Shown here: piece after piece, positions 41,038-51,411 of the stretch | Layout of the letters: each line of letters opens with the position of its first letter | Position numbering within the stretch: position 1 is the first letter of the stretch | DNA from: Spirochaetia bacterium | GTDB lineage: Bacteria; Spirochaetota; Spirochaetia; UBA9216 | DNA length: 64,000 nt | Assembly: GCA_963675665.1 (NCBI GenBank) | Contig: OY776510.1 | Coordinates: 2,784,001-2,848,000 of the forward strand | Direction of reading: 5' to 3' | The notes under the pieces: generated by a model | The model's database searches: none | Told to the model about the DNA's origin: nothing | What the model saw: the letters and a program-made list of their open reading frames with translations, nothing else | Made by a program: the position numbers and the translations under genes

Positions 41038-41915
41038 AGCTGATGAAAAACATGAGGACACTTGTCTTTGTATTCCTGATGACTGTCTTAGTAATTGTTG
41101 TAACGGATTGTACGAAAAATGTTAACCGGGAATCCGCCGGCCAATTACTAATAACCGATACATATGAACAAGGTTCGTATAAACTTGAAATTTCCTATCC
41201 GTCGGGATCACTGGAATACGGCAGCACCGCCCGGATTGTGCTGCGGATTGAATATCCTGAAGAGGAAAAATATATCCTGCTGCCTCCGGAAATTAATGAT
41301 ACCGGGCGTTTTTCAAATACCGGGATTATAAGTATTGAAGAGGGGCGTCCCGTACCTGACGGAAACGGAAAGGCGGTGAGTACTGTTGTTTTCATGGTAG
41401 AGGCATGGCTGCCCGGAACGCTGGTATTCCCGCCGCTCACTGTTTCTTTCCCCGGGGAGTTGACAACCGACGAGTTTGAGATTTCGGTAGATTCGGCTTT
41501 TGATGAAGAAGCCGGTCATGAGCTTTCATCGATATATCTGCCTGAAGCTGAAGATAGTCCGATAGGAAAAATAATAATTATCATAGCTGTATCAGCAGTA
41601 TTTTCTGCAACCGCGGCGGTTCTGCTGTTTAAACACAAAAGAAAAGAAATGCGTAACCGGGCTGTTCCGGAAAAAAGCCGGGCGGAGCTGATTGAAGAAT
41701 TCAGAAAATGCTACATAGATACTGATGCCCGTATTGATTTGCGAAAAGCGTATGCAGAGCTTGAGCGTTTGATTGGGGAGAGCAAGGCTTCCAGGTATGG
41801 CAAATATATTGAGAAAGCAAGGTTTTCCGGCGAAGGAATTGATTATACTGAGGGATACAGGATCCTTATGCAGATTTTTGGACAGGAATTAGCGGAGGCC
41901 GGAGATGCAGTTTGA
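41034..41915 (+). CDS. Bat-operon membrane-anchored hypothetical protein
   Basis: Signal peptide, Ig-like region and one TM. Located between DUF58 and BatA. Confidence 0.65.
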   Translation: MKLMKNMRTLVFVFLMTVLVIVVTDCTKNVNRESAGQLLITDTYEQGSYKLEISYPSGSLEYGSTARIVLRIEYPEEEKYILLPPEINDTGRFSNTGIISIEEGRPVPDGNGKAVSTVVFMVEAWLPGTLVFPPLTVSFPGELTTDEFEISVDSAFDEEAGHELSSIYLPEAEDSPIGKIIIIIAVSAVFSATAAVLLFKHKRKEMRNRAVPEKSRAELIEEFRKCYIDTDARIDLRKAYAELERLIGESKASRYGKYIEKARFSGEGIDYTEGYRILMQIFGQELAEAGDAV

Positions 41916-42948
41916 TTCTCCGTGGGCTTTCGGTTTTATACCTCTTCTTGTTGTTATCGTGCTGATGTCGGCAAGGCGGAAAAACAGGAGTACGGGATTG
42001 AATTTCTCCAGTTCCTGGCCCTTTTCCGTAAAAGTAAAATCGTTAAGGCAAAGACTTCTCTGGATACCCCTTCTGCTCATCGTTGCCGGGAGCTTATTGC
42101 TGATTTTGGCGCTTGCCCGCCCGAGGGAAAGGCTGGATGAAACAAGAAAAGTTACAAACGGAGTCGCTATAGAGTTTGTAATAGATCGCAGCGGGAGTAT
42201 GTCTGCTGAGGTAGAAAACAACGGTAAGCTTGTACGAAGAATTGATATTGTTAAAAAGAATCTGCTTGATTTTATCAAGGGCGACGGGAATGAGCTGTCC
42301 GGCAGGCCGGACGACCTTATCGGTTTAATTGCCTTCGCGCGTTATGCAGATACCCTCTCCCCGCTGTCGCTGTCCCATGATGTTCTGGAAGCGTTCACCG
42401 AAAACCTTGATGTCGTTGTTTCAAAGGATGAAGACGGTACTTCGATAGGCGATGCGCTGGCGCTTGCCGCAGCCAGACTTCAGTCCGCTTCAGTGAATAA
42501 CGACCCGGCTAAAGGTTATGAAATCACAAGTAAAATAATAATTCTGCTCACCGACGGTGAGAATAATTCCGGAAAGTATTCTCCGCGTGAAGCGGCCGAA
42601 CTTGCAGCTGAATGGGGAATAAAGATATATGCCATTGGGTTCGGGGGAACAGCCTATTATGAAATGGACAGTCTGTTCGGCAAGAGGCGTATTCCTGTTG
42701 GCGCGGCAGTTGATGAAGCGACCCTGAGCAGTATAGCTGAAATCACCGGCGGCGCTTATTTCCAGGCTGATTCTGCCGAAGAGCTCGCAGGGGTTTATTC
42801 GGTTATAGACGATTTGGAAAAAACGGAGATTGTATCATACACGCAGTATAAATACCGGGAACTCTTTGTTAATTTTGCTCTTGCCGGCCTGTCACTGCTG
42901 GCCGCCGCTCTTGCGCTGGATCTGACTGTCCTGAGGAGGCTGCCGTGA
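41905..42948 (+). CDS. batA: vWA domain protein BatA-like
   Basis: LALARP, MIDAS DRSGSM, GTSIGDAL and LLTDGENN. Confidence 0.85.
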   Translation: MQFDSPWAFGFIPLLVVIVLMSARRKNRSTGLNFSSSWPFSVKVKSLRQRLLWIPLLLIVAGSLLLILALARPRERLDETRKVTNGVAIEFVIDRSGSMSAEVENNGKLVRRIDIVKKNLLDFIKGDGNELSGRPDDLIGLIAFARYADTLSPLSLSHDVLEAFTENLDVVVSKDEDGTSIGDALALAAARLQSASVNNDPAKGYEITSKIIILLTDGENNSGKYSPREAAELAAEWGIKIYAIGFGGTAYYEMDSLFGKRRIPVGAAVDEATLSSIAEITGGAYFQADSAEELAGVYSVIDDLEKTEIVSYTQYKYRELFVNFALAGLSLLAAALALDLTVLRRLP

Positions 42949-43970
42949 CCGATCAGTTTCAGCTTTTAAACCCTGCGGCCCTGAAATATCTCTGGCTTCC
43001 GATTGCCGCCGCTGCTGCAGGAATTTTCGGAATCATCAGGGCAGGCAGAGTTGTCCCGGAAGCCTGGAAAAACACCGCTTCAGGTTCAGGATTTTCAGCA
43101 AGACGGATTATGCTGCTTGTTATTTTAACCGCGGCAATGCTGCTGACTGTTTTTGCCGCAGCCAGGCCTAGCTGGAGCAGGACTGAAACTACAGTATCAC
43201 GCAGGGGCCGTGATGTTGTTTTTGTTATTGATGTATCCCGTTCAATGCTTGCCGAAGATCTTTATCCCAACAGGCTTGCCAGAGCAAAGCTGGCTGTTAC
43301 AGATGCTCTCTCGGTAATAGAGGGCGACAGGGTCGGGCTTGTAGCATTCGCCGGAACATCCGTCGTCAAATGTCCGCTTACGCTTGATTACAGCTTTTTC
43401 AGGCAGTCGGTTGAGCTTTTATCGACTGATGCAGTTTCCGTCGGCGGAAGCATGATAGGTGACGCGCTCAGAAAAACCCTGTCGGATGTGCTTGCCGGCG
43501 GTACCGGGGGCTACAGGGATATAATTCTGATTACGGATGGTGAAGATCAGGAAAGTTACCCTTTGAAAGCTGCTGAAATGCTGGCGGAATATGATGTCAG
43601 GCTGATTGCCATAGGTCTTGGAGATGAAAATACGGGAAAACGCATTCCGGTAACGGATCAGAACGGCAACAGTGTTTTTCTGACATATAACGGGCAGGAA
43701 ATCTGGAGCCGGCTTGATGCAGCCGTTCTCAGGCAGATGGCTTCCGCAACTCCGGGCGGCCGGTATCTGAACGTTTCAACCGGGACCTTTGATATGGGTG
43801 AGATTTACCTGTCCTTGATAAAAAGCCAGGAGTCCAGGTTTATTGAAGACGAGACATATGTGGAGAATGAAGAGAATTACCAATATTTTCTCACACCCGC
43901 AGTCATCCTTGTTTTGGTGTATCTGTTTCTGCGTTATTCCGCGGCATCAGGTTCAGGGAGAAAGAAGTGA
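42945..43970 (+). CDS. batB: vWA domain protein BatB-like
   Basis: DVSRSMLAEDL.PNRL.RAK, GDRVGLVAFAG, CPLTLD and ITDGED. GTG start. Confidence 0.85.
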   Translation: MTDQFQLLNPAALKYLWLPIAAAAAGIFGIIRAGRVVPEAWKNTASGSGFSARRIMLLVILTAAMLLTVFAAARPSWSRTETTVSRRGRDVVFVIDVSRSMLAEDLYPNRLARAKLAVTDALSVIEGDRVGLVAFAGTSVVKCPLTLDYSFFRQSVELLSTDAVSVGGSMIGDALRKTLSDVLAGGTGGYRDIILITDGEDQESYPLKAAEMLAEYDVRLIAIGLGDENTGKRIPVTDQNGNSVFLTYNGQEIWSRLDAAVLRQMASATPGGRYLNVSTGTFDMGEIYLSLIKSQESRFIEDETYVENEENYQYFLTPAVILVLVYLFLRYSAASGSGRKK

Positions 43971-44854
43971 AGAAGTTTTATACTGTATTAATACTGATTC
44001 TTGTTTCCCCGGCAGTATTTGCTTCAGGGCAGGCTGAAACAGCAGCGGCAGGTCCGCTTGAAAGGGGGGCGCAACTGTTTAATGACGGGAAGCTTGCTGA
44101 AGCGGCTGAAAGTTTCAAAACTGCGGCGGCTTCTGAAGATACAGTGATATCTGCGGCGGCTTATTTTAATCATGGAATTACACAGGCCATGCTCGCGGAG
44201 CAGGTCCAGTCGCCATCGGAAAAACGTGATCTGCTGGAGGAAGCTTACCAGTCGCTAAAACGCTCCGCGGAGCTGAATACATTGCCTGAGGACAGTAAGA
44301 ATGACGCGCGTCGAAATATGGAAGTAATCAGAGAGAAACTTTCAGAGCTGCCTGAAAAATCACGGGAAGATCGTCAGGATGAGAAGCAGGACAGTCAAAA
44401 CGGACAGGAAGGTAAAGATTCCCGGTCGGCTCAGGACGAAGGAAAGAACAGTCCGCAGCAGGACGGTCAGTCTCAGGACCGGAATAACGGCGGCAGTAAC
44501 AGCCCTGAAGAGCTGCTTCAGCAGCAGCGTGAATTGAGCCGCCGAACCGCCAACGAAGAAGAACACGGTGAAGAGCTTGCTGAACAGCAGAAGGCGCTGC
44601 AGCAAGCGTCTGAAGAGCAGGACCTGAATGAGGCTGCAGTCAACCAGGCAAAAGCGGCGGAAGCTCTGAAGAAGGGAGACAGGCAAACGGCGTCGGAATA
44701 TCAAAAGGCCGCCGAAAAGGCGCTTTCCGAAGCCGCAAACGGCGGGGACAACAGTGAACTGAATGATATCCTTGATCAGGAAGCAGAAAATCAAATTCAG
44801 CGCAACAGACTGGATAAAACAGGAGGCATTACTGATGCTGAGCGGAACTGGTAA
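43967..44854 (+). CDS. TPR protein BatC-like with Q/E/D-rich linker
   Basis: Signal peptide, TPR, low-complexity linker and a C-terminal ERNW. Confidence 0.7.
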   Translation: MKKFYTVLILILVSPAVFASGQAETAAAGPLERGAQLFNDGKLAEAAESFKTAAASEDTVISAAAYFNHGITQAMLAEQVQSPSEKRDLLEEAYQSLKRSAELNTLPEDSKNDARRNMEVIREKLSELPEKSREDRQDEKQDSQNGQEGKDSRSAQDEGKNSPQQDGQSQDRNNGGSNSPEELLQQQRELSRRTANEEEHGEELAEQQKALQQASEEQDLNEAAVNQAKAAEALKKGDRQTASEYQKAAEKALSEAANGGDNSELNDILDQEAENQIQRNRLDKTGGITDAERNW

Positions 44855-46583
44855 AAAACAACTTTTGTCGGTGGTGTTATTCCTGGCAGCGGTTACAGGT
44901 TTGCACGCCCGGGAACTGTCGCTCAGCGCGGAGCTTGAGCAGGATCAAATATGGCTGGGAGATTCGGTCAGGTTGACACTATACCTGCAGGGAAGCGAAA
45001 AGGCTATTTCACCGGAGCTGTTTATTCCGGATGTTGATATCGAACCGCTGGGTGGAACAGTTCGAAGCAGCAGATCCGTTACAAATATAAACGGGCAAGT
45101 AACCGAAACCGTTAGAAAAGCATATGTTTACAATTTCAGACTTACCCCGGAAACTTCGGGCAGAATTACTGTTCCCGGGATTGAGGTTGAAGTCGACGGA
45201 ATCAGGCTTGTAACAAGGGAGCTTAATCTGAATGTAAAACGACCTCAGGCAACGAATGATTTCAGCCTTGAGCTGCAGTTTGAAAAGGACAAGATATTTC
45301 TTGATGAGTTATGCCGTCTGAAGGTGAGTTTTTTCTACAGCCGGAGTCTTAGATCTCTGGATATAAGAATTCCGGGTCTTGAAGAAATTAATTATGAAGG
45401 TACATCAGGATCTCCGAATGATGAGAGATATGAGATCAGCCTGAATGGAAGCCCTGTAGTGTTCAGCAGGGACGACAGGGGAAATACAGCCGGATTATCT
45501 GCTGTTCTGGTGTTGCATCCCGATGAAGCCGGAGTAATCTCGCTATATAATGCTTCAGCTTCATTTGAAGGTGTTACCGGATATCAGAATGTCAGGGATT
45601 TTTTCGGAAGAATTCAACAGCAGGAAGTTTATGACCGGATGGTTATTCCCGGAAACCGCGCCCGGGCAGAAGTGGCGCCGTTCCCCATGAGAGGACAACC
45701 CGATGATTTTTTCGGGTTGTCGGGTAACATTTCACTTGATGTGAGCATAGAGCCCCGTGAGGTTCATATAGGTGACCCCGTGACTTTGAATCTGAAAGTA
45801 TCGGGAATGAATAACCCGGAAATCGTGATTCCTGAGCTTGGAAGTTATTTGGGCCAGGGTATTGATGTTCCCGATACGCGATCATCGGCAAAGATTGCGG
45901 GTAATACCTGTACAGTAACCCAGACCATAAGAATAAATGATATTTCGGTTGAGCAGGTTCCGCCGATAAAATTCAGCTATTTCAACCCGGAAACTGAAGA
46001 ATATGAATATGCAGTTTCAGCTGCTGTTCCGGTCAAGGTCCTGGATACCAGGGTTTTAACCGCTTCGGAACTCGAGGGCTCCGCCGTGACTGCTGATGAA
46101 GTTGATAAAGTATTGCTTGAGCGTAAGAGAGAGGGAATATATTACAACTACAGCGGAAAAGACCTGCTTGAACCCGATGTTATAATGATCGAAAGACTAA
46201 CCGGTTCTGCCGGAGTGAAAATTTTATTAATTATCCCGCCGATCATTTTCCTGATTATTATAATTTATACTGCCGTACTTCCGCAGGTTAAAGCCAGGGC
46301 CGCTGAACGGGCCAGCCGCGGAAAAGCGATCCGAAAACTCAAGAAATCCGCCATGAAAGGAAACTTTGATAATCCTTTAGAATCTCTGAGAGAATTTAAC
46401 GGAGCATTAAATGCGTTTTTAAAAATACACGGCACTTCGGAAGACAAAAAGAGTATAAAAGAATTTACTGAACGCATAAATTCTGTTCTTTACGGCAGGG
46501 TTGAAATAACTGCCGGGAAGGCACAGGAGATAGTCGCGGACACGGTTGTTACTCTTGAAAAACAGGAGGCGGTAAATGTTTAA
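44835..46583 (+). CDS. batD: BatD-family protein
   Basis: Signal peptide, repeated Ig-like units, FSYFNP and one TM. ATG 44835 follows AGGAGG. Confidence 0.8.
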   Translation: MLSGTGKKQLLSVVLFLAAVTGLHARELSLSAELEQDQIWLGDSVRLTLYLQGSEKAISPELFIPDVDIEPLGGTVRSSRSVTNINGQVTETVRKAYVYNFRLTPETSGRITVPGIEVEVDGIRLVTRELNLNVKRPQATNDFSLELQFEKDKIFLDELCRLKVSFFYSRSLRSLDIRIPGLEEINYEGTSGSPNDERYEISLNGSPVVFSRDDRGNTAGLSAVLVLHPDEAGVISLYNASASFEGVTGYQNVRDFFGRIQQQEVYDRMVIPGNRARAEVAPFPMRGQPDDFFGLSGNISLDVSIEPREVHIGDPVTLNLKVSGMNNPEIVIPELGSYLGQGIDVPDTRSSAKIAGNTCTVTQTIRINDISVEQVPPIKFSYFNPETEEYEYAVSAAVPVKVLDTRVLTASELEGSAVTADEVDKVLLERKREGIYYNYSGKDLLEPDVIMIERLTGSAGVKILLIIPPIIFLIIIIYTAVLPQVKARAAERASRGKAIRKLKKSAMKGNFDNPLESLREFNGALNAFLKIHGTSEDKKSIKEFTERINSVLYGRVEITAGKAQEIVADTVVTLEKQEAVNV

Positions 46584-47382
46584 GGGAATACGACTGTATC
46601 TTATTGCTTTATTTGTATTTATTCCGGCTGTTTTTGTCAGTTCCCAAAGCGAATATGATAATGAAAAGCTTCTGGCTCGTGCCGAAGCGGCATTTGCAGA
46701 GGGAAACGAGCAGCTTCAGAATGATCCGGCTGCTGCAAAAGAGTCATATCTGAAAGCAGTGAATTACTACAATTCAATTATTGAATCGGGAATTGAGAAC
46801 GCAAAGCTTCTTTATAATATCGCCAACGCATATGTAAGACTTGAAGAATACGGTAATGCAATTTTGAATTATCGAAAGGCGCTGCTGTATGCACCGAATG
46901 ATCAACAGATTAAATATAATCTGGAATATGCAAGATCGCTACAAAAGAACGGGTTCGTTATAAATACTGAAAATGAAGTTCTGCATATTCTGTTTTTCTG
47001 GCATTATTTAATGCCGCCGTTATGGAAATTTATTGTTCTCATTGCTGCAAACCTGCTCTTCTGGTCAACGCTTGTACTCGGACGGTTCGGGCGTTCTGTT
47101 TGGAAAGCAGCTGTTTTATCAGCAATAATCACGGTGATGATTGGCGGATCGCTTTACCTCGATACACGAAGTTTGAAAGAACTTCATGGAGTAGTCGTTT
47201 CAGATTCAACAATAGGGCGTCTGGGCGACAGCAGGAGTTATGAACCTGCATTCGACGCGCCTTTATACGATGGAGTTGAATTTACCGTCAGACAGCGCAG
47301 GGTAGGCTGGATTCTTGCGGAGCTTACCGACGGAGGACTTGTCTGGCTTGAAGAGCAGGACTGTGGTATTATAGAACGATGA
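46576..47382 (+). CDS. TPR/SH3 protein BatE-like
   Basis: LLYNIANAY...AILNYRKAL.YAPND, two TM segments and an SH3-like C terminus. Confidence 0.78.
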   Translation: MFKGIRLYLIALFVFIPAVFVSSQSEYDNEKLLARAEAAFAEGNEQLQNDPAAAKESYLKAVNYYNSIIESGIENAKLLYNIANAYVRLEEYGNAILNYRKALLYAPNDQQIKYNLEYARSLQKNGFVINTENEVLHILFFWHYLMPPLWKFIVLIAANLLFWSTLVLGRFGRSVWKAAVLSAIITVMIGGSLYLDTRSLKELHGVVVSDSTIGRLGDSRSYEPAFDAPLYDGVEFTVRQRRVGWILAELTDGGLVWLEEQDCGIIER

Positions 47383-48248
47383 AGATATCAGTTTTCTATT
47401 TTTCAGGAACAGGAAATACTCAACTGGTGTCTGAAAACCTGGCAGACCGTTTCAGGGAATTGGGTTATAAAACAGTCCTTAAAAGACTTGAAAAGGCTGA
47501 TTTGCCGGGAATAGTCGGGGATATTGCTGAAAGCGACTTAATCGGAATCGGATCTCCAATCTTCGGCGGCGGTACTCCGGGAGTAGTTTTTGATTTTATT
47601 AAACTGATGCCGGAAGTAAAATCAAAACCGTTATTCCTGTTCAGAACAGCTGCCGACTTTATAAATTTCAACCATGCGGCATCGGCAGGGTTGATCCGCA
47701 AGCTGAACAAAAAGGGTTATAACGTTTTTTATGAAAGAATTATTGTAATGGGTTCCAACTGGCTTATTGAATATGACTCTGCTTTTGTTAAGCAGTTATA
47801 CGAAGCGGTACCGGACAAAATTGTAAATATGGCCAAAGAGATTACCTCGGGAACAAAAAGGATGTATGAACCTTCGAAAGCCCTGGTCGTATTTACAACG
47901 GTCCTCAATTTCTTTGAGGAGAAAGTCGGCGCAAGAATGTTCGGGCTGACTCTTCATGCAGATAAATCCTGTATGAAATGCGGACTTTGCGCAGAAAATT
48001 GTCCTGTCGGGAATATCAGCTTCAATAATAGAATAAAATTCAACAGCAAATGTCTTATGTGCATGCGCTGCGTATACAGCTGCCCGGTAAATGCAATAAA
48101 ATCAAGAGGGATGTGCTATTGCATTCTTTCCGGGGGATACGATATTAACAAAATTATCAACAGTACGTATGATAATAAAAATTACAGCCCGGCGACAAGA
48201 CGGCTTATGAAACATTTCAGTGAATATCTTGCCGATCCTCGTCTGTGA
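47379..48248 (+). CDS. EFR1-family flavodoxin-ferredoxin fusion
   Basis: YFSGTGNT, plus CMKCGLCAENCP and CLMCMRCVYSCP. Confidence 0.88.
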   Translation: MKISVFYFSGTGNTQLVSENLADRFRELGYKTVLKRLEKADLPGIVGDIAESDLIGIGSPIFGGGTPGVVFDFIKLMPEVKSKPLFLFRTAADFINFNHAASAGLIRKLNKKGYNVFYERIIVMGSNWLIEYDSAFVKQLYEAVPDKIVNMAKEITSGTKRMYEPSKALVVFTTVLNFFEEKVGARMFGLTLHADKSCMKCGLCAENCPVGNISFNNRIKFNSKCLMCMRCVYSCPVNAIKSRGMCYCILSGGYDINKIINSTYDNKNYSPATRRLMKHFSEYLADPRL

Positions 48249-48252
48249 CTGA

Positions 48253-48299
48253 AAAGGCTGTGCCGGAACATTATGCTGTTAAACCGCAGCACAGCCTTT
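48253..48299. terminator. Hairpin between convergent genes (probable bidirectional terminator)
   Basis: Inverted repeat AAAGGCTGTGC...GCACAGCCTTT. Confidence 0.55.
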
Positions 48300-48318
48300 G
48301 ATTTCGATTAAAATTTTA

Positions 48319-49503
48319 TTAACAAGTTGTGACAGATTGAAATACCTTATTCCCGGTTTTGTAATCTACTCCCGGAACCTCGAAACCGTGCATATTCATA
48401 AAATCAGTATGATACCCGGCGATATCGCTGAGATTCTTAATATTATCGTCGGAAGCTTTTTGCCATATTTCATTTACAGCGTTCTGTACATCTTCACGCA
48501 TTTCAAGATCGTCCATTCTGACTCTGTGCTTTCTGTCGACAGTAAGGTTTCCGCCGAAAATACCGCGAAAGAAGCGGTCCATTTGTTCAATACAGCCTTC
48601 GTGAATGTTTTTATCTTTCATAACCTTGAAAAGTATTGATATGTATAACGAGATTGCCGGTATTACTGCAGCAGCCCTTGTTACAACAGCTTTGTTAACA
48701 GAAATAAATGCGCTTCCTCCAGATTTTTGGGAAAGTTGGGTATTCAGCCTGAAGGCGGTTGCCTCTAGATCTTTTTTCGCAGCCCCTATTGTTCCGTTTC
48801 GATAGATAGCCTTGGTAACCTCAGGTCCGATATATGAAAATGCTGATGTTTTAACGCCGTCATCCAGTACTTCTGCATCAAGAAGCGCATTAATCCAGAG
48901 CTGCCAGTCTTCACCTCCCATAACCTTTACCGTATCATTGATTTCGTCGTTGTTTGCCGGTTCAATTTCTATATCAATAATTTTACTGCTGACGGTATCA
49001 AGGGCAGGCGATCTGTATGTTGAACCTACAGGCTTGAGCGTCGATCGGTACATTTTCCCGTCTGCAGGATCAACTCTTACGCCGGAAGCCAGACTGTAAA
49101 TTACCAAATCAACTTTTCCGGGTCCGTTTTTTATTGCACGGATGGCTTCCTGTTTCACTTCATTCGAAAATGCATCGCCGTTAATGCTTTTTGTAAAAAG
49201 GCCTGCGTCAGATGCTTCTTTATCAAAGGCTTTCATATTATAGTATCCCGGGGTTCCTGATCGGTTTTCTGTATCAGCTCTTTCAAAAAAAACTCCGATA
49301 GTTGATGCGCCGCATCCGAATGCAGCGGCAATACGGCATGCCAGTCCGTATCCTGTTGAAGAGCCTATTATCAAGGCGCTTTTTGGGCCGTTGAAAGCCC
49401 CGTTATTTTTAACATAATCAATCTGCCTCTTTACCTCTGCTGCACATCCTTCCGGATGTGTTGTAAGACAGATATTATTCCTGATTTTGGGTTTGATAAT
49501 CAT
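48319..49503 (-). CDS. fabV: Enoyl-ACP/trans-2-enoyl-CoA reductase
   Basis: MIIKPKIR..IC.T.HP.GC, GSSTGYGLA, TVKVMGGEDW and SYIGP...Y..GTIG.AK. Confidence 0.93.
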   Translation of the reverse strand: MIIKPKIRNNICLTTHPEGCAAEVKRQIDYVKNNGAFNGPKSALIIGSSTGYGLACRIAAAFGCGASTIGVFFERADTENRSGTPGYYNMKAFDKEASDAGLFTKSINGDAFSNEVKQEAIRAIKNGPGKVDLVIYSLASGVRVDPADGKMYRSTLKPVGSTYRSPALDTVSSKIIDIEIEPANNDEINDTVKVMGGEDWQLWINALLDAEVLDDGVKTSAFSYIGPEVTKAIYRNGTIGAAKKDLEATAFRLNTQLSQKSGGSAFISVNKAVVTRAAAVIPAISLYISILFKVMKDKNIHEGCIEQMDRFFRGIFGGNLTVDRKHRVRMDDLEMREDVQNAVNEIWQKASDDNIKNLSDIAGYHTDFMNMHGFEVPGVDYKTGNKVFQSVTTC

Positions 49504-49517
49504 AATAATCTCCGAAT

Positions 49518-49542
49518 AAAAAAGGGCCGGCAATGCCGGCCC
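49518..49542 (-). terminator. Intrinsic terminator after fabZ
   Basis: Minus strand reads GGGCCGGC-ATT-GCCGGCCC-TTTTTT. Confidence 0.7.
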
Positions 49543-49559
49543 CATATTTTAGCTGTTTT

Positions 49560-49991
49560 CTAAAGATCGTCTGCGCTTCCTACAAGACACATCCACGATG
49601 CTTCAGCCGCCAGCTCGTCGCCAACCCAGGCTTTACCTGATTGTTTTATCATTGAGGCTGATATTCTTATGTTTTCAACCTCAATTCTGACTTTATCGTC
49701 AGGCCTCACCTGACGCCTGAACTTTGCTTTTTCTATTGTGGCCAGGAAAAACAATTTCCCATCGCCGAGCTTTCCGGCTTTTGCTATGCCGGCACCCCCG
49801 CACTGGGCCATGGTTTCCACAAGCACGACTCCCGGAACAACAGGATATTCCGGAAAATGTCCCTTGAAGAAGAACTCATTATTTGTGAAAGTCCTGTAAC
49901 CGGTTATAGTCTCATCATCGTTGATTTCCACTGAATCAACAAACAGAAACGGATCCCTGTGCGGTAATAATTTTTCAGTTTCTCTGGACAT
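49560..49991 (-). CDS. fabZ: 3-hydroxyacyl-ACP dehydratase
   Basis: Motifs LPHRDPFLFVD and FFKGHFP..PVVPGV..VE.MAQ. Confidence 0.96.
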   Translation of the reverse strand: MSRETEKLLPHRDPFLFVDSVEINDDETITGYRTFTNNEFFFKGHFPEYPVVPGVVLVETMAQCGGAGIAKAGKLGDGKLFFLATIEKAKFRRQVRPDDKVRIEVENIRISASMIKQSGKAWVGDELAAEASWMCLVGSADDL

Positions 49992-49994
49992 AAT

Positions 49995-51239
49995 CTATTC
50001 CGCGAATTTCTTGATAATCACAATTGAATTGTGACCGCCGAAACCGAGTGAGTTCGACATGGCTACATTGATTTCACCTTTGACACCCTTGTTCGGTACG
50101 TAATCAAGGTCACATTCCGGATCTGCCTCGTCGAGATTGATTGTCGGAGGGTAAAAGCCGTCATTTATGGCCTTGACGCAGACAATGGCTTCTACAGCTC
50201 CGGCAGCACCAATGCAGTGACCTGTCATTCCTTTTGTCGATGAAACTTTGACTTTGTAAGCATGATCGCCCAGAGCATCTTTGATTGATTTTGTTTCAAT
50301 CGGGTCATTTGTCGGAGTTGAAGTCCCGTGAGCGTTTACATAATCAATGTCTTCGGGCTTCATCCCTGCATCTTCAAGGGCGAGTTTAATGGCTCTTGTG
50401 GCGCCTTCTCCTTCAGGATTCGGCGCAGTAAGATGATAAGCATCACAGGTATTTCCGTAACCGGCAATTTCCGCATAGATTTTGGCTCCCCGTGCTTTTG
50501 CATGTTCAAGTTCTTCAAGAACCAGGCATGCAGCTCCTTCACCGATAACAAAACCGTCTCTGTCCTTGTCGAAGGGACGGCTTGCCTTTTGCGGTTCATC
50601 ATTATATCTGGTAGAGAGTGCGCCAATAACATTAAATCCTGCCACACCAAGCTGGGTAATGCTGGCCTCTGAACCCCCGGCCACAATAGCATCAGCGCGT
50701 CCGCACTGGATTGTCATAAGGGCGTTTCCGATGGCGTCGGTTGAAGATGCACAGGCTGTTGTTACAACCCAGCATGGGCCTTTCAGACCGTATGTGATTG
50801 CGACATTGCCCGGAATCTCGTTCGATATCAGTTTGGGAATTGTCATGGGTGGAGTTCTCTGCGGACCTTTGGCGAAAATTGTTCTATGTGAGTCTTCAGT
50901 TACCTCAAATCCCCCGATACCATTACCTATTATTGCGCCGACTCTTTCCGGATCAAAAGTCCCTTCGGTAAGTCCTGCGTCACGCACCGCTTCGCCTGCA
51001 GCAATTACAGCAAACTGGGTACAGAGTGCCATTTTACGGGCATCTTTTTTATCCATATGATCTGAAGCTTTGAAGTCCTTAACTTCTGCGGCAATCTTTG
51101 TAACAAGTTCTGAAGTGTCAGTTCTTGTTATAGGGCCGACACCGCATTTACCTTCTTTTATTCCCGACCAGAAATCATCGACATTATTACCAAGTGAATT
51201 AATTGTTCCTAATCCTGTAATTACAACTCTTCTCTTCAT
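49995..51239 (-). CDS. fabF: Beta-ketoacyl-ACP synthase II
   Basis: Motifs TACAS, NAHGTST, TGHCIGAAG and SNSLGFGGHN. Confidence 0.96.
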   Translation of the reverse strand: MKRRVVITGLGTINSLGNNVDDFWSGIKEGKCGVGPITRTDTSELVTKIAAEVKDFKASDHMDKKDARKMALCTQFAVIAAGEAVRDAGLTEGTFDPERVGAIIGNGIGGFEVTEDSHRTIFAKGPQRTPPMTIPKLISNEIPGNVAITYGLKGPCWVVTTACASSTDAIGNALMTIQCGRADAIVAGGSEASITQLGVAGFNVIGALSTRYNDEPQKASRPFDKDRDGFVIGEGAACLVLEELEHAKARGAKIYAEIAGYGNTCDAYHLTAPNPEGEGATRAIKLALEDAGMKPEDIDYVNAHGTSTPTNDPIETKSIKDALGDHAYKVKVSSTKGMTGHCIGAAGAVEAIVCVKAINDGFYPPTINLDEADPECDLDYVPNKGVKGEINVAMSNSLGFGGHNSIVIIKKFAE

Positions 51240-51261
51240 TATATTCTCCTTACATTTTATA

Positions 51262-51384
51262 CCGCCATGGAGGGCAGCTTTAGAAGGTAGTCAGAAAAGC
51301 TCTGCTTTTCCAACTAAATTTTAAACTCGCCCATGAACGGGCGAACCGGTATTTGAAGTTTGAAAGTTTTGCTTTTCAAACTTC
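51262..51384. repeat. Cluster of intergenic hairpins (REP-like)
   Basis: GAAAAGC-TCT-GCTTTTC, TCGCCC-ATGAAC-GGGCGA and GAAGTTTGAAAG...CTTTTCAAACTTC. Confidence 0.55.
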
Positions 51385-51411
51385 GGCATGTAATTGAATA
51401 TGGAGATTCAA

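Noticed and set aside
44350-44520. CAGGA-rich quasi-repeats as a possible array
   Set aside because: They encode the Q/D/E-rich linker of the BatC-like protein, with no fixed repeat-spacer period.
39134-47382. MoxR-DUF58-vWA-TPR operon as a novel system
   Set aside because: It matches the described Bat operon of Bacteroides and Leptospira.
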